A stretch of DNA of 64,000 bases from Solirubrobacterales bacterium 67-14 (lineage in GTDB: Bacteria > Actinomycetota > Thermoleophilia > Solirubrobacterales > 70-9): the NCBI GenBank assembly GCA_001897355.1, contig MKST01000002.1, positions 351,387-415,386 on the forward strand, read 5' to 3'. The first letter of the stretch is position 1. Every line of letters starts with the position of its first letter. Both the position numbers and the translations under genes were made by a program. Under the pieces are notes generated by a model. It was not told where the DNA came from. It did not search any database and was given only the letters and a program-made list of their open reading frames with translations. Below are positions 26,506 through 34,999 of this stretch, one piece after another.

Positions 26506-28014
26506 GTGACCCAGCCGCCTGCCAGTTCACAGATGATCGGCACGGTCCTCTCGGACCGGTATCGGTTGGAGGCCAAACTGGGCAGCGGAGGCATGTCCAC
26601 GGTCTACCTGGCCCGCGACGAGGTGCTCGACCGTCCGGTCGCGGTGAAGCTGATGCACCGGGAGATGACCGACCAGGCCGACCAGCTCGAGCGTTTCAAC
26701 CAGGAAGCACGAGCGGTGGCGAAGCTCTCGAACCCGAACGTGGTCGCCGTGATCGACGCCGGCGAGGACCAGGGTCGCCCCTACATCGTGCTCGAGTACG
26801 TCCAGGGCGAGACCCTCAAGCAGCGGATCGCCCGGGTCGGCGCGCTCGACGCGACCGAGGCGCTCGCCTATGGGCTCGAGGTCGCCCAGGGTCTCGGGGT
26901 CGCCCACGAGCGGAACATGGTCCACCGGGACGTCAAGCCCCAGAACGTCCTGATCGACTCGACCGGCCGGGCCAAGCTGACCGACTTCGGCATCGCCCGC
27001 GAACTGAACGACGAGGGCGTGACCGCGACCGGCCGCGTGATCGGGACCACCGACTACGTCGCACCCGAACAAGCGATGGGCAAGGACGTCGACCCCCGCT
27101 CGGACATCTACTCACTCGGCATCGTGCTCTACGAGATGCTGACCGGCGACGTGCCCTTCGAGGCCGACAACCAGATCGGCGTCGCGATGAAGCATGTCAA
27201 CGAGGAGCTGCCGGATGTGCAGGCGATCCGTCCCGACATCTCCGCGGCCTCGGCCCGGGTGGTCGACCGGGCGACAGCCAAGAACCCGGACGACCGCTAC
27301 CAGACGATCGAGGAGATGGCCGACGACCTCCAGGCCGCCCTGGAGGTCGAGGCGATCCGGGCCGGCGGCACCACCGGCGAAGCGACTTCGGTGCTCGACG
27401 CGGTCGCTCCTCCCCGCCGCCAGATCCCGACTTCGAAGACTTCGCCCTGGCCGGCGGTGATCATGCTGCTGGTCGCCTTGGTGATCGCGGCCGGCACCGC
27501 CTACTTCATCTCCCGCGGCGACACCGGCGGCGGGGGAGGCGGTGGCGCCGGGGGCGGCGGCACGAACGAGTCCCAGATCGCCCTGGTCTCGGCCAGCGAC
27601 TACGACCCCGAGGGCGACAACCAGGAGCATTCCGACGAGGTCGGCCTCGCCCTCGACGACGACCGTTCCGCCACGGCCTGGACCACCGAGACCTACGAGA
27701 CGGACAGCTTCGGTGACAAGTCCGGGGTCGGCATCTACGTCGACGCCGGCCAGCCGGTCTCCGCCTCCGAGATGGAAGTCCGCACCGGCACCCCCGGCTG
27801 GACGCTGGAGGTCTACGGGGCGAACAAGCCGGTCCCCGACGATTTCTCCGGCTGGACCCGCCTGGCCCAGGTGCCAGAGGTTTCCGAACAGGAGCGAATA
27901 GACCTGATCACCGGCGGCAACAAGTACCAGTACTACCTGCTCTGGATCACCAACCCAGCCGAAACCGATTCCGGCTACGGAGCCTCGATCAGCGACATCC
28001 GTTTATACGGCTGA
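26506..28014 (+). CDS. Hanks-type Ser/Thr protein kinase with single TM and extracytoplasmic beta-sandwich-like C-terminal domain
   Basis: GSGGMSTVYLARD, VAVK, HRDVKPQNVL, DFGIA, TDYVAPE. TM WPAVIMLLVALVIAAGTAYFI, poly-Gly linker, and a 150-aa C-terminal domain ending YYLLWITNP...ISDIRLYG. GTG start. Confidence 0.9.
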   Translation: MTQPPASSQMIGTVLSDRYRLEAKLGSGGMSTVYLARDEVLDRPVAVKLMHREMTDQADQLERFNQEARAVAKLSNPNVVAVIDAGEDQGRPYIVLEYVQGETLKQRIARVGALDATEALAYGLEVAQGLGVAHERNMVHRDVKPQNVLIDSTGRAKLTDFGIARELNDEGVTATGRVIGTTDYVAPEQAMGKDVDPRSDIYSLGIVLYEMLTGDVPFEADNQIGVAMKHVNEELPDVQAIRPDISAASARVVDRATAKNPDDRYQTIEEMADDLQAALEVEAIRAGGTTGEATSVLDAVAPPRRQIPTSKTSPWPAVIMLLVALVIAAGTAYFISRGDTGGGGGGGAGGGGTNESQIALVSASDYDPEGDNQEHSDEVGLALDDDRSATAWTTETYETDSFGDKSGVGIYVDAGQPVSASEMEVRTGTPGWTLEVYGANKPVPDDFSGWTRLAQVPEVSEQERIDLITGGNKYQYYLLWITNPAETDSGYGASISDIRLYG

Positions 28015-28037
28015 CCCTGCCCGACGACCGTGGCGGT

Positions 28038-28088
28038 GGTGCCGCAGGTCGTGAGTCGTATCGACGCATCACCTGCGTCACCATTGAG
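28038..28088. repeat. Nested palindromic element, family 2, copy 2 (left direct repeat of the DUF559 cassette)
   Basis: GGTGCCGCAGGTcgtGAGTCGTATCGACgcatcACCTGCGTCACCattgag. 48/51 identical to 29184-29234. It contains the stop codon of the DUF559 gene. Confidence 0.85.
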
Positions 28089-29082
28089 GACCGTTCCCGT
28101 CAGTTGGAAACAGCGGGCACTGAAGGAGTGTGGCTTGCTGTCTCATGACGGTCCAGAGTTCGCTCGCAGTTCGCTCCTCGTGTAAGTACCGGTCCTCCCA
28201 GGTGAATCGGACGACCCGAAGGCCACTGGTTTCCAGTTCGATTCCTTTTCTGTGGTCACGACGGTGTGATGCCTTACCGCTGTGGGTTCCGTAGGGATCC
28301 AGTTCAACCGCGAGACACAGGTGCTTCCAGAGGAAATCGGGAATGTGGCGGCCGATCCGATGATTGACCAACGGCTTCGGCATCCGCTCTCGCCGGATCA
28401 TCCGCAGGAAGTCGATCTCAGGATCCGAGATCGTGTCAGCGAACACCGGGTCCCAATCATCGATCTCACTCCTCAGGATGCCAATGCCCTTGTGCCCGTT
28501 TGAAGCATCCGAGATCGCCCGAAGCTCATTCCAACAGAGCTTTCTCTCCTTCTCGCCCTGAGTCAGGGCTTTGGTTACCTCATCTGGTCTGGCCGTAGCC
28601 GCGAAGTCCCTGATCGCCCTTTCTGCTGTGGTTGCCCGGATTCCGTCCAGCTCTGTGATGTGCTCGGGCGGCAACTGCCTAGTCTCGTGGCGAATGACTT
28701 TCAAGTTGAAGGCGTCATTTTCCCACCGGCCAGAGCCATGATCACGAAATGTTCCTGACTCGCCCGTGAGGTGAACCGGGCCGGGATCGCGGATTAGGCC
28801 ATGGAGGGCCAGAGCGCTGCCGTGGGAGACGACTACGTTCGGGGACACGGAAGCCGTGGCGGCACGGAGCCTGCCGCGAAAAGAGAGCCTTGTTCCCGGC
28901 AAGGCAAACGACCCTCTTAGGATCGGCAACAGCCTTCCGGCGTCCTTTCGTTTCTGAACCATGGTCCAGCTGAGTCCCAAGCGGAAAAGGATCTCAAGGC
29001 TCAGGACTCCGTCGTTGGCGAGGGCTACTTCCCGTAGCTGCCTGTTGAGTTCCAACTCGCGTCCAGCTTGTTTCGAGTCCAT
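28078..29082 (-). CDS. DUF559 (Vsr/restriction-endonuclease-like fold) protein with AbiEi-like N-terminal domain
   Basis: The C-terminal PDFLWKHLCLAVELDPYGTHSGKASHRRDHRKGIELETSGLRVVRFTWED pattern is typical of DUF559 endonuclease-like proteins. N-terminal LANDGVLSLEILFRLGLSWTMVQKRKDAGRL resembles the AbiEi_4 wHTH. Visibly lower GC than the neighbours. Confidence 0.75.
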   Translation of the reverse strand: MDSKQAGRELELNRQLREVALANDGVLSLEILFRLGLSWTMVQKRKDAGRLLPILRGSFALPGTRLSFRGRLRAATASVSPNVVVSHGSALALHGLIRDPGPVHLTGESGTFRDHGSGRWENDAFNLKVIRHETRQLPPEHITELDGIRATTAERAIRDFAATARPDEVTKALTQGEKERKLCWNELRAISDASNGHKGIGILRSEIDDWDPVFADTISDPEIDFLRMIRRERMPKPLVNHRIGRHIPDFLWKHLCLAVELDPYGTHSGKASHRRDHRKGIELETSGLRVVRFTWEDRYLHEERTASELWTVMRQQATLLQCPLFPTDGNGPQW

Positions 29083-29183
29083 CCGCCCACTTTGAAGCGA
29101 ATTTGCTCACATGTGGCTCTACAAGGGTGACAATTGTGCAACGGCTGCTGAGTGCTCGATCTCAGGGGGCCACCGCAAGGGGC

Positions 29184-29234
29184 GGTGCCGCAGGTTATGA
29201 GTCGTATCGACGCATCACCTGCGTCACCATCGAG
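29184..29234. repeat. Nested palindromic element, family 2, copy 3 (right direct repeat of the DUF559 cassette)
   Basis: GGTGCCGCAGGTtatGAGTCGTATCGACgcatcACCTGCGTCACCatcgag, immediately 3' of the ddl stop codon (29238). Confidence 0.85.
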
Positions 29235-29237
29235 AAG

Positions 29238-30233
29238 CTAGAAGCTGTGCTGGGACTCGGACTGGTGGCGTTCCAGGGCGAGTTCTACGAGGCGGTTGCA
29301 GAGGTCTGGGTAGGGCATTCCGGTGGCTTCCCAGAGCTTGGCGTAGACCGAGGTCCGGGTGAAGCCGGGGATCGTGTTGATCTCGTTGAGGAGGACGCGG
29401 GACTCGCTGCCCTCGATCTGCTCGACGAAGAAGTCGCAGCGGGCCAGGCCGGAGCAGCCGGCCATGGTGAAGACCTGGGCGGCGAGCTCACGGACGGCGG
29501 CGGTCGTCGCCTCGTCGAGTTCGGCCGGGGCGGCGATCCGGGTGCGGCCCTCCGTGTACTTGGCCTCGTAGTCGTACCACTCGTCGTCGGTGAGGATCTC
29601 GCCGGGTAGAGAGGCGTCGGGATCCTCGTTGCCGAGCACCGAGCACTCGATTTCGCGGCCGGCGGAGTTCGCCTCGATGATCACCCGCGGGTCGAACCCG
29701 GCCGCTTCCTCGACCGCGGCCTCGAGCTGCCCCGGGTCGGTGACCTTGCTGATGCCGACGCTCGAGCCCAGGCGGGAGGGCTTGACCCAGAGCGGGAAGT
29801 CCAGGGCCAGGGCCTCCTCCTTCCAGCCGGGCGTGAAAGCCTGGACGAAGCCGACCTGGGGAATGCCGTGGAAGCCGCAGAGCCGCTTCAGGGTCAGCTT
29901 GTCCATGCAGACCGCGGAGGCAAGGACGTCGGAGCCGGCGTAAGGCAGGCCCGCCGTGTCGAGCGCCCCCTGGGTGACCCCGTCTTCGCCGAAGGGTCCG
30001 TGCAGGACCGGGAAGACGACATCCAGCGAAAGCAGGTCGCCGTCCACCTCCAGGCCTTCGCCGGGACGGATCCCGACCGGGTGCCCGTCGGTGATCCAGG
30101 TGCCGGATTTCTCGATCAGGATCCGGGTGACGTCATGGCCGGCGGCCTCCAGCCCTTCGGCGACCGCCTCGGCGGAGAGCAGCGAGATCTCATGCTCGCT
30201 GGACCGGCCACCGCTGAGGACTGCGACTCTCAT
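29238..30233 (-). CDS. ddl: D-alanine--D-alanine ligase
   Basis: Trimmed to the ATG at 30233: MRVAVLSGGRSSEHEISLLSA. ATP-grasp region with LHGPFGEDG, FVKPSRLGSSVGISKV, EINTIPG. 19 nt downstream of pknB. Confidence 0.9.
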   Translation of the reverse strand: MRVAVLSGGRSSEHEISLLSAEAVAEGLEAAGHDVTRILIEKSGTWITDGHPVGIRPGEGLEVDGDLLSLDVVFPVLHGPFGEDGVTQGALDTAGLPYAGSDVLASAVCMDKLTLKRLCGFHGIPQVGFVQAFTPGWKEEALALDFPLWVKPSRLGSSVGISKVTDPGQLEAAVEEAAGFDPRVIIEANSAGREIECSVLGNEDPDASLPGEILTDDEWYDYEAKYTEGRTRIAAPAELDEATTAAVRELAAQVFTMAGCSGLARCDFFVEQIEGSESRVLLNEINTIPGFTRTSVYAKLWEATGMPYPDLCNRLVELALERHQSESQHSF

Positions 30234-30252
30234 CAGCGGAAACGATATTCGG

Positions 30253-32064
30253 TCAGTCGACGCCGAGTCCGCCGCTGGACCCACCGTTGTCGTTGCCACC
30301 GGTGCCAGACGCTTCATAGCGGCCGATCGTGATCACCACGGTGGAGCCGTCCGCCACCTGGGTTCCCTGCGAAGGGCTCTGATCGATCACCCGGCCGTCC
30401 TGCGGCTGGATCGACGTGCTCTGGGTCTGGACGCTGGCGACCAGGCCGGCCGAGGAAAGCTGCGACTCGGCGTCGGCCTGGGTCAGGCCGACCAGCGGCG
30501 GCACGGCCACCTTGGTCTCGGCCGGGCCGGAGGAAACGGTCAGGTTCACCGTGCTGCCGGCATCGACAGAGGTGCCCGCGTCCGGGGACTGCCCGGTCAC
30601 CTCGTTCTTCGGCCGGTCGCTTGACTCCTGGCTGGAGGAGAACTCGAGCCCGGCCGCCGAAAGCTGTTGCTTGGCCGCGTTCAGGGTCATGCCGACCACC
30701 GGCGGCACCTTGACCTGCTCGACCCCGCTGGAGACCGTGATCGTCACCTCGGACCCGCGCCGGGCCGTCTCGCCGCCGGCCGGATCGGTCGAGATGACCA
30801 ACCCAGAATCGACGTCCGAAGATGCCTCGGTTTCGACGTTGGTGGTGAAACCGGCGTCCTTGATCTCCTGCTCGGCATCGTCCTGGCTCTCGCCGACGAC
30901 ATCCGGCACCTCGGCCTGGCCCGGGCCGCCGCTGACCTTGAGGGTGACGGTCGGGTTCGAGCAGGAAAAGCCGAGGAAGTTGCAGTCCTGGTCCGCTTCG
31001 CCGGACGGATCTTGCTTGAAGACCTGGTTGTTCGGCACCTTGGGATTGTGCTCCCGGTCGACCTCGACCTTGAACCCTTCGGCGTTCAGCTTCGAGACCG
31101 CCGAGTCACTGGTCGAGCCGACCACGTCGGGGACCTCGACCGTGTGGCTGCGGGTCGCCGCCCAGGCGACCAGCAGGCCGACCAGCACCGCGGCGGCGAC
31201 CAGTGCCCACTTCCACCACTTCTTCGGTTCGGCCGGCGGCTCGCCCGGGTCCGCCTCCGCCTCGTCGAGGGCGGCGATGAAGCTGTCGGCGTCGGGATAG
31301 CGCTCGTAGGGCTCGCGCTGCAGGGCTCGCAGGACCACCGCGTCGAGGGCCGGCGAGACCGCTGGGTTGTAGTAGCTGGGCGGCACCGGATCTTCCCGCA
31401 GCTGCTGCAGGGTGACCGCGACCGCGGTCTCGCCGTCGAAGGGAACCCGGCCGGTCAGGCACTCGTAGAGGATGACCCCGATCGAGTAGAGATCCGACTG
31501 GGGGCTGACCTCGTAGCCTTGGGCCTGCTCCGGCGAGAGGTAGTGGACGGTGCCCATGATCGAGCCCTCTTCGGTGATCTCCGAGATGCCGGCGCGGGCG
31601 ATGCCGAAGTCGGTGACCGTGGCCAGGCCGGTCTCGTCGACGATCACGTTGAGCGGCTTGAGATCCCGGTGGACGACGCCGTGGCGGTGGGCGAAACCGG
31701 CCGCTTCGAGGATCTGGCGCACGATCGCCACCGATTCCGGCGGGGTCAGGCCAAGGCTGATCAGGTCGCGCAGAGTGCGACCCTCGAGGTAGGCCATGGC
31801 GATGTAGTAGGTGTCGCCGACCTGGCCGCGATCGAAGATCGAGACGATGTTGACGTGCTGCAGCGAGGCCGCCGACTCGGCCTCGCGGCGGAAGCGGGCG
31901 ATGAACTCGGGGTCGCGGGCGTAGCGCTCGTGCAACACCTTCAGGGCGACCCGGCGCGGCAGCTCGAGATCCTCGGCCAGCCAGACGTCGGCCATCCCGC
32001 CGGAGCCGATCAGGTACTCGACCCGGTACCGGCCATCAACCACCATGCCTTCTTCAAGTCTCAT
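30253..32064 (-). CDS. pknB: PASTA-domain Ser/Thr protein kinase
   Basis: Kinase motifs GSGGMADVWLAED, VALK, HRDLKPLNVI, DFGIA. TM (WKWALVAAAVLVGLLVAWA). Four PASTA-like repeats, each starting V(E/K/A)VP(D/P)(V/L)VG. Confidence 0.9.
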   Translation of the reverse strand: MRLEEGMVVDGRYRVEYLIGSGGMADVWLAEDLELPRRVALKVLHERYARDPEFIARFRREAESAASLQHVNIVSIFDRGQVGDTYYIAMAYLEGRTLRDLISLGLTPPESVAIVRQILEAAGFAHRHGVVHRDLKPLNVIVDETGLATVTDFGIARAGISEITEEGSIMGTVHYLSPEQAQGYEVSPQSDLYSIGVILYECLTGRVPFDGETAVAVTLQQLREDPVPPSYYNPAVSPALDAVVLRALQREPYERYPDADSFIAALDEAEADPGEPPAEPKKWWKWALVAAAVLVGLLVAWAATRSHTVEVPDVVGSTSDSAVSKLNAEGFKVEVDREHNPKVPNNQVFKQDPSGEADQDCNFLGFSCSNPTVTLKVSGGPGQAEVPDVVGESQDDAEQEIKDAGFTTNVETEASSDVDSGLVISTDPAGGETARRGSEVTITVSSGVEQVKVPPVVGMTLNAAKQQLSAAGLEFSSSQESSDRPKNEVTGQSPDAGTSVDAGSTVNLTVSSGPAETKVAVPPLVGLTQADAESQLSSAGLVASVQTQSTSIQPQDGRVIDQSPSQGTQVADGSTVVITIGRYEASGTGGNDNGGSSGGLGVD

Positions 32065-32126
32065 CTAGCTACTGCCTTTCTGCCTACGTACCTCAAGTCC
32101 TGTAACTGACGGCAAAGCCTCAAGCA

Positions 32127-32213
32127 GAGCCCCTCCCATCCGTTGGTTGTCTCTAGTGGGAGGGGCGGGTGTCTCGTGGAGGGCGGGTCGGACCCCGCCC
32201 GACTTCCTTATGT
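32127..32213. repeat. GC-rich two-hairpin intergenic element, family 1, copy B (between pbpA and pknB)
   Basis: Hairpin 1: GCCCCTCCC (32129-32137) pairs with GGGAGGGGC (32158-32166). Relative to copy A, both strands of the stem changed (G>T and C>A), which preserves pairing. Hairpin 2 is identical to copy A. Confidence 0.8.
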
Positions 32214-33667
32214 CAGTCGCTGCCCAGCAAAGCCTGCATGACACCCGCAGCGATGGGGGCAGCGACGGTGCCGCCCTGGCCCTCGGTGCATTCGACTGTG
32301 GCGGCAACCGCGATCTGCGGATCGTCGGCCGGGGCGAAGCCGACGAACCAGGCCTGGTTCGGCAGACCCCCGCATTCCTCCTTGTCGGGCACCTCGGCGG
32401 TTCCCGTCTTGCCGGCCACGTCCACGCCGCTCAGCGCCGCCGCGGTACCGGTGCCTTCGTTGACCACGTCCTTCATCGCCTCGGTCAGCTCGTCGGCCGT
32501 GTCCGAGGAGATCACATCCGACTGCACCTCCGGGTCCATCGTCTTCAGCGTGCGGCCGTCGGGATCCTTGACCTTCGACCAGATCTGCGGGCGCATCAGC
32601 TTGCCGCCGTTGGCGATCGTCGCCGCCACCTCGGCCATCTGGATCGGGGTCGCGAGCAGCCGCTCCTGGCCGATCGCCAGCCGGGCGACGTCAATCGGGT
32701 CGTCGCCGGTCAGCAGCTTGCCGCCGTTCTCGAGGTCGAAGACCCCGCTGGAGTACATCTGACTGGCCGGCAGGTCGAGTTTCGGCTTCGCGTTGAAGCC
32801 GAACTTCGCCATGTAGTCCTCGAGGGTGCCGGTGCCGATCTTCTCGCCGAGCTGGCCGAAGTAGGTGTTGACGGAGTGGGTGAGGGCGGTGGTGACGTTG
32901 ATGTCGCCGAAGTCCTGGTCGAAGTCGTTGGCCAGCGTGTGGCCCTGAGCCTGGATCGAACCGGGGGAGTTGATCGTGTCATCCGGGCTGATCGCGCCGG
33001 AATCGAGGGCGGCCGCCGCGGTGACCAACTTGAAGGTCGAACCGGGCGGATACTGGCCCTGGGTGACCCGGTTCAGCATCGGCTTCGAGGAGTCGGTGTT
33101 GAGGGCGTTCCAGTCCGTCGCGACATCGTTCGGGTCGAACTGGGGCACGCTGGCCGCCACCTTCACCGCGCCGGTGCTGGGATCCATCGCCACCACCGCC
33201 CCGGCCTGGCCGCCGAGCAGGTCGAAGGCGGTCTGCTGGGCCACCGGATCCAGCGAGGTGAGCACGTCGTTGCCCTGCTTCTTCTTGCCGCGCAGCTCAT
33301 CGAAGATCGAGGAGAACTCGTTCTCGTCTCCGATCAGCTCGGAGTTGTGGTACGCCTCGAACTCCGAGTTGCCGTATTCGATCGAGCTGTAGCCGATCGG
33401 ATGGCCGTAGCTCGGACCCTCCGGATAGTCCCGCACGTAGCGCAGCGAGGGGCCGCTGCCCTTGGCCACCGACTTGGCGATCACGGTGCCGTCGGCGGCG
33501 AGGATGCGGCCCCGCTTGACCTGCTGCGCCTCGAACAGCGGCCGCTTGTTGACCCGCTCGTTCTTCAGGTTGTTCGCGTCGAAGACGGTCCAGTACGAGG
33601 TGAAGCCGACCAGGACGGCGAAGGCGACGCCGATGAAGGCGAAGAGCTTGATGATCCGTGCGTTCAC
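32213..33667 (-). CDS. pbpA: Class B penicillin-binding protein (transpeptidase)
   Basis: SxxK (PPGSTFKLV), SxN (THSVN) and KTG (GKTGTAE) motifs. N-terminal TM anchor. Position next to rodA. Confidence 0.9.
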   Translation of the reverse strand: MNARIIKLFAFIGVAFAVLVGFTSYWTVFDANNLKNERVNKRPLFEAQQVKRGRILAADGTVIAKSVAKGSGPSLRYVRDYPEGPSYGHPIGYSSIEYGNSEFEAYHNSELIGDENEFSSIFDELRGKKKQGNDVLTSLDPVAQQTAFDLLGGQAGAVVAMDPSTGAVKVAASVPQFDPNDVATDWNALNTDSSKPMLNRVTQGQYPPGSTFKLVTAAAALDSGAISPDDTINSPGSIQAQGHTLANDFDQDFGDINVTTALTHSVNTYFGQLGEKIGTGTLEDYMAKFGFNAKPKLDLPASQMYSSGVFDLENGGKLLTGDDPIDVARLAIGQERLLATPIQMAEVAATIANGGKLMRPQIWSKVKDPDGRTLKTMDPEVQSDVISSDTADELTEAMKDVVNEGTGTAAALSGVDVAGKTGTAEVPDKEECGGLPNQAWFVGFAPADDPQIAVAATVECTEGQGGTVAAPIAAGVMQALLGSD

Positions 33668-33682
33668 CGGCGGGTACCTCGC

Positions 33683-34999
33683 CTAGATGCCTTCACGGGC
33701 CTCGCGGCGAGCCCGGTCGGAGATCAGCAGCAGCAGCGCCAGCAAGAGGAAGTTGGCGAGGATCGACGAACCGCCATAGGAGACCAGCGGCAAGGTGACG
33801 CCGGTCAACGGGATCACGCGGGTGACGCCACCGATGATCACGAAGGCCTGGAAGGCGAAGACGGTGGTCAGGCCGGTGGCGAGCAGCTTCGAAAAACCGT
33901 CGTTGGCCATCAGGGCGACCTTGAAGCCCCGGGCGGCGATCAGCAAGTAGGTGGCGATGATCGCGCAGGCCCCGAAAAGGCCCAGCTCGGAGGTGATCAG
34001 GGTGTAGATCAGGTCGGTCTGGGCAGCCGGCAGCAGCGGTGAATTCGTGCCGGGTATGACCACCATCGCCTGGGCGAAGCCCTCGCCGAACAACCCCCCG
34101 TCTGCCATCGCGAACATCGACTGCAGGATCTGGTACCCGGCCCCGGAAGGATCCTGGTACGGGTCGAGCCAGATGTCGACCCGGTCGGTGACGTGGGGAA
34201 CCGTGTGGTAGATCACCCAAGCGCCGGCCAGGAACATCGCCATGCCGATGATCACGAAGGAGAGCCGCCCGGTGGCGACGTAGATCAGGGCGAGGAAGGC
34301 GGCGAAGAACATCAGCGAGCTGCCCAGGTCGCGGATGAAGATCAGCATGAACATCGCCGCGCCCCAGACCACCAGCAGCGGGCCGAGATGCTTCAGTGGG
34401 GGGAAGGTGATGCCGAGGAAGCGCCGCGCCCCGACCACCAGCAGCTCGCGGTGCTCACGCAGATAGGAGGCGAGGAAGATGACGATGCCGATCTTGGCCA
34501 GCTCGGCCGGCTGGAAGGAGATCGGACCGAGGCTGATCCCCAGGTAGGCGCCGTTGACCTGGGAGCCGATCAGCGGCAGCCGCGGGGCCATCAGCAGGGC
34601 GAGGCTGATCAGGGCGATCGTGTACCGGTACCGCTCGAGCACCGAGTAGTCGCGGAAGACCTGGATCACGACCGCGAAGAGGATCAGCCCGAGCACGAAC
34701 CAGTTGGCCTGGTCGCGGGCCAGCTCACCACCCAGTTCGGAGTCGAGCCGGTAGAGCATGACGAGTCCGAAGGCGGTCAGCAGCGCCATCAGCGGGAAGA
34801 GGTACGGGTCAGCGTTGGGCAGGCGGATCCGGATGTAGATGTGGGTGGCGAGGCAGATCGCCAGGAAGTAGAGCCCGTAGGAGAGACTCAGGTTGGTCAG
34901 CTGGCTGTCGTTCTGCGCGAAGACCGCGGCGAAGCCGGCGGTCAGGAGCAGGGCAACCGGGACGAGGGCCAGTAGTTCCCGGTTGCGGGAGGCACTCAC
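33683..34999 (-). CDS. rodA: SEDS-family peptidoglycan polymerase (FtsW/RodA/SpoVE)
   Basis: Polytopic. PLTGVTLPLVSYGGSS C-terminal motif. A 4-nt overlap with pstP. Confidence 0.9.
   Translation of the reverse strand: MSASRNRELLALVPVALLLTAGFAAVFAQNDSQLTNLSLSYGLYFLAICLATHIYIRIRLPNADPYLFPLMALLTAFGLVMLYRLDSELGGELARDQANWFVLGLILFAVVIQVFRDYSVLERYRYTIALISLALLMAPRLPLIGSQVNGAYLGISLGPISFQPAELAKIGIVIFLASYLREHRELLVVGARRFLGITFPPLKHLGPLLVVWGAAMFMLIFIRDLGSSLMFFAAFLALIYVATGRLSFVIIGMAMFLAGAWVIYHTVPHVTDRVDIWLDPYQDPSGAGYQILQSMFAMADGGLFGEGFAQAMVVIPGTNSPLLPAAQTDLIYTLITSELGLFGACAIIATYLLIAARGFKVALMANDGFSKLLATGLTTVFAFQAFVIIGGVTRVIPLTGVTLPLVSYGGSSILANFLLLALLLLISDRARREAREGI

Noticed and set aside
27526-27560. G-rich run (GGCGGCGGGGGAGGCGGTGGCGCCGGGGGCGGCGGC) as a possible G-quadruplex or microsatellite
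   Set aside because: It encodes the poly-Gly linker after the kinase TM helix. The G-tracts are mostly 2 nt and irregular, so it is not a clean repeat or a canonical G4.
28078-29082. Calling the DUF559 cassette an insertion sequence or a toxin-antitoxin module
   Set aside because: There is no transposase, integrase or partner gene between the repeats. The flanking repeats are direct copies of a hairpin element that also occurs elsewhere. I report it only as a candidate inserted cassette.
12129-32137. The two family-1 copies are exactly 20,000 nt apart
   Set aside because: I can see no biological mechanism for this. The loops differ by small indel-like shifts and the flanks are unrelated, so I treat the round number as coincidence.
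12127-32213. Possible CRISPR array or tandem repeat formed by the repeated elements
   Set aside because: There are only two (family 1) or three (family 2) copies, kilobases apart and separated by ordinary genes. There are no regularly spaced repeat-spacer units and no cas genes.
32147-34042. 631-aa plus-strand ORF
   Set aside because: It is antisense to pbpA and rodA, both of which carry unambiguous catalytic motifs. Its composition is typical of a GC-rich shadow frame. Its N-terminus is simply the family-1 repeat read in frame.
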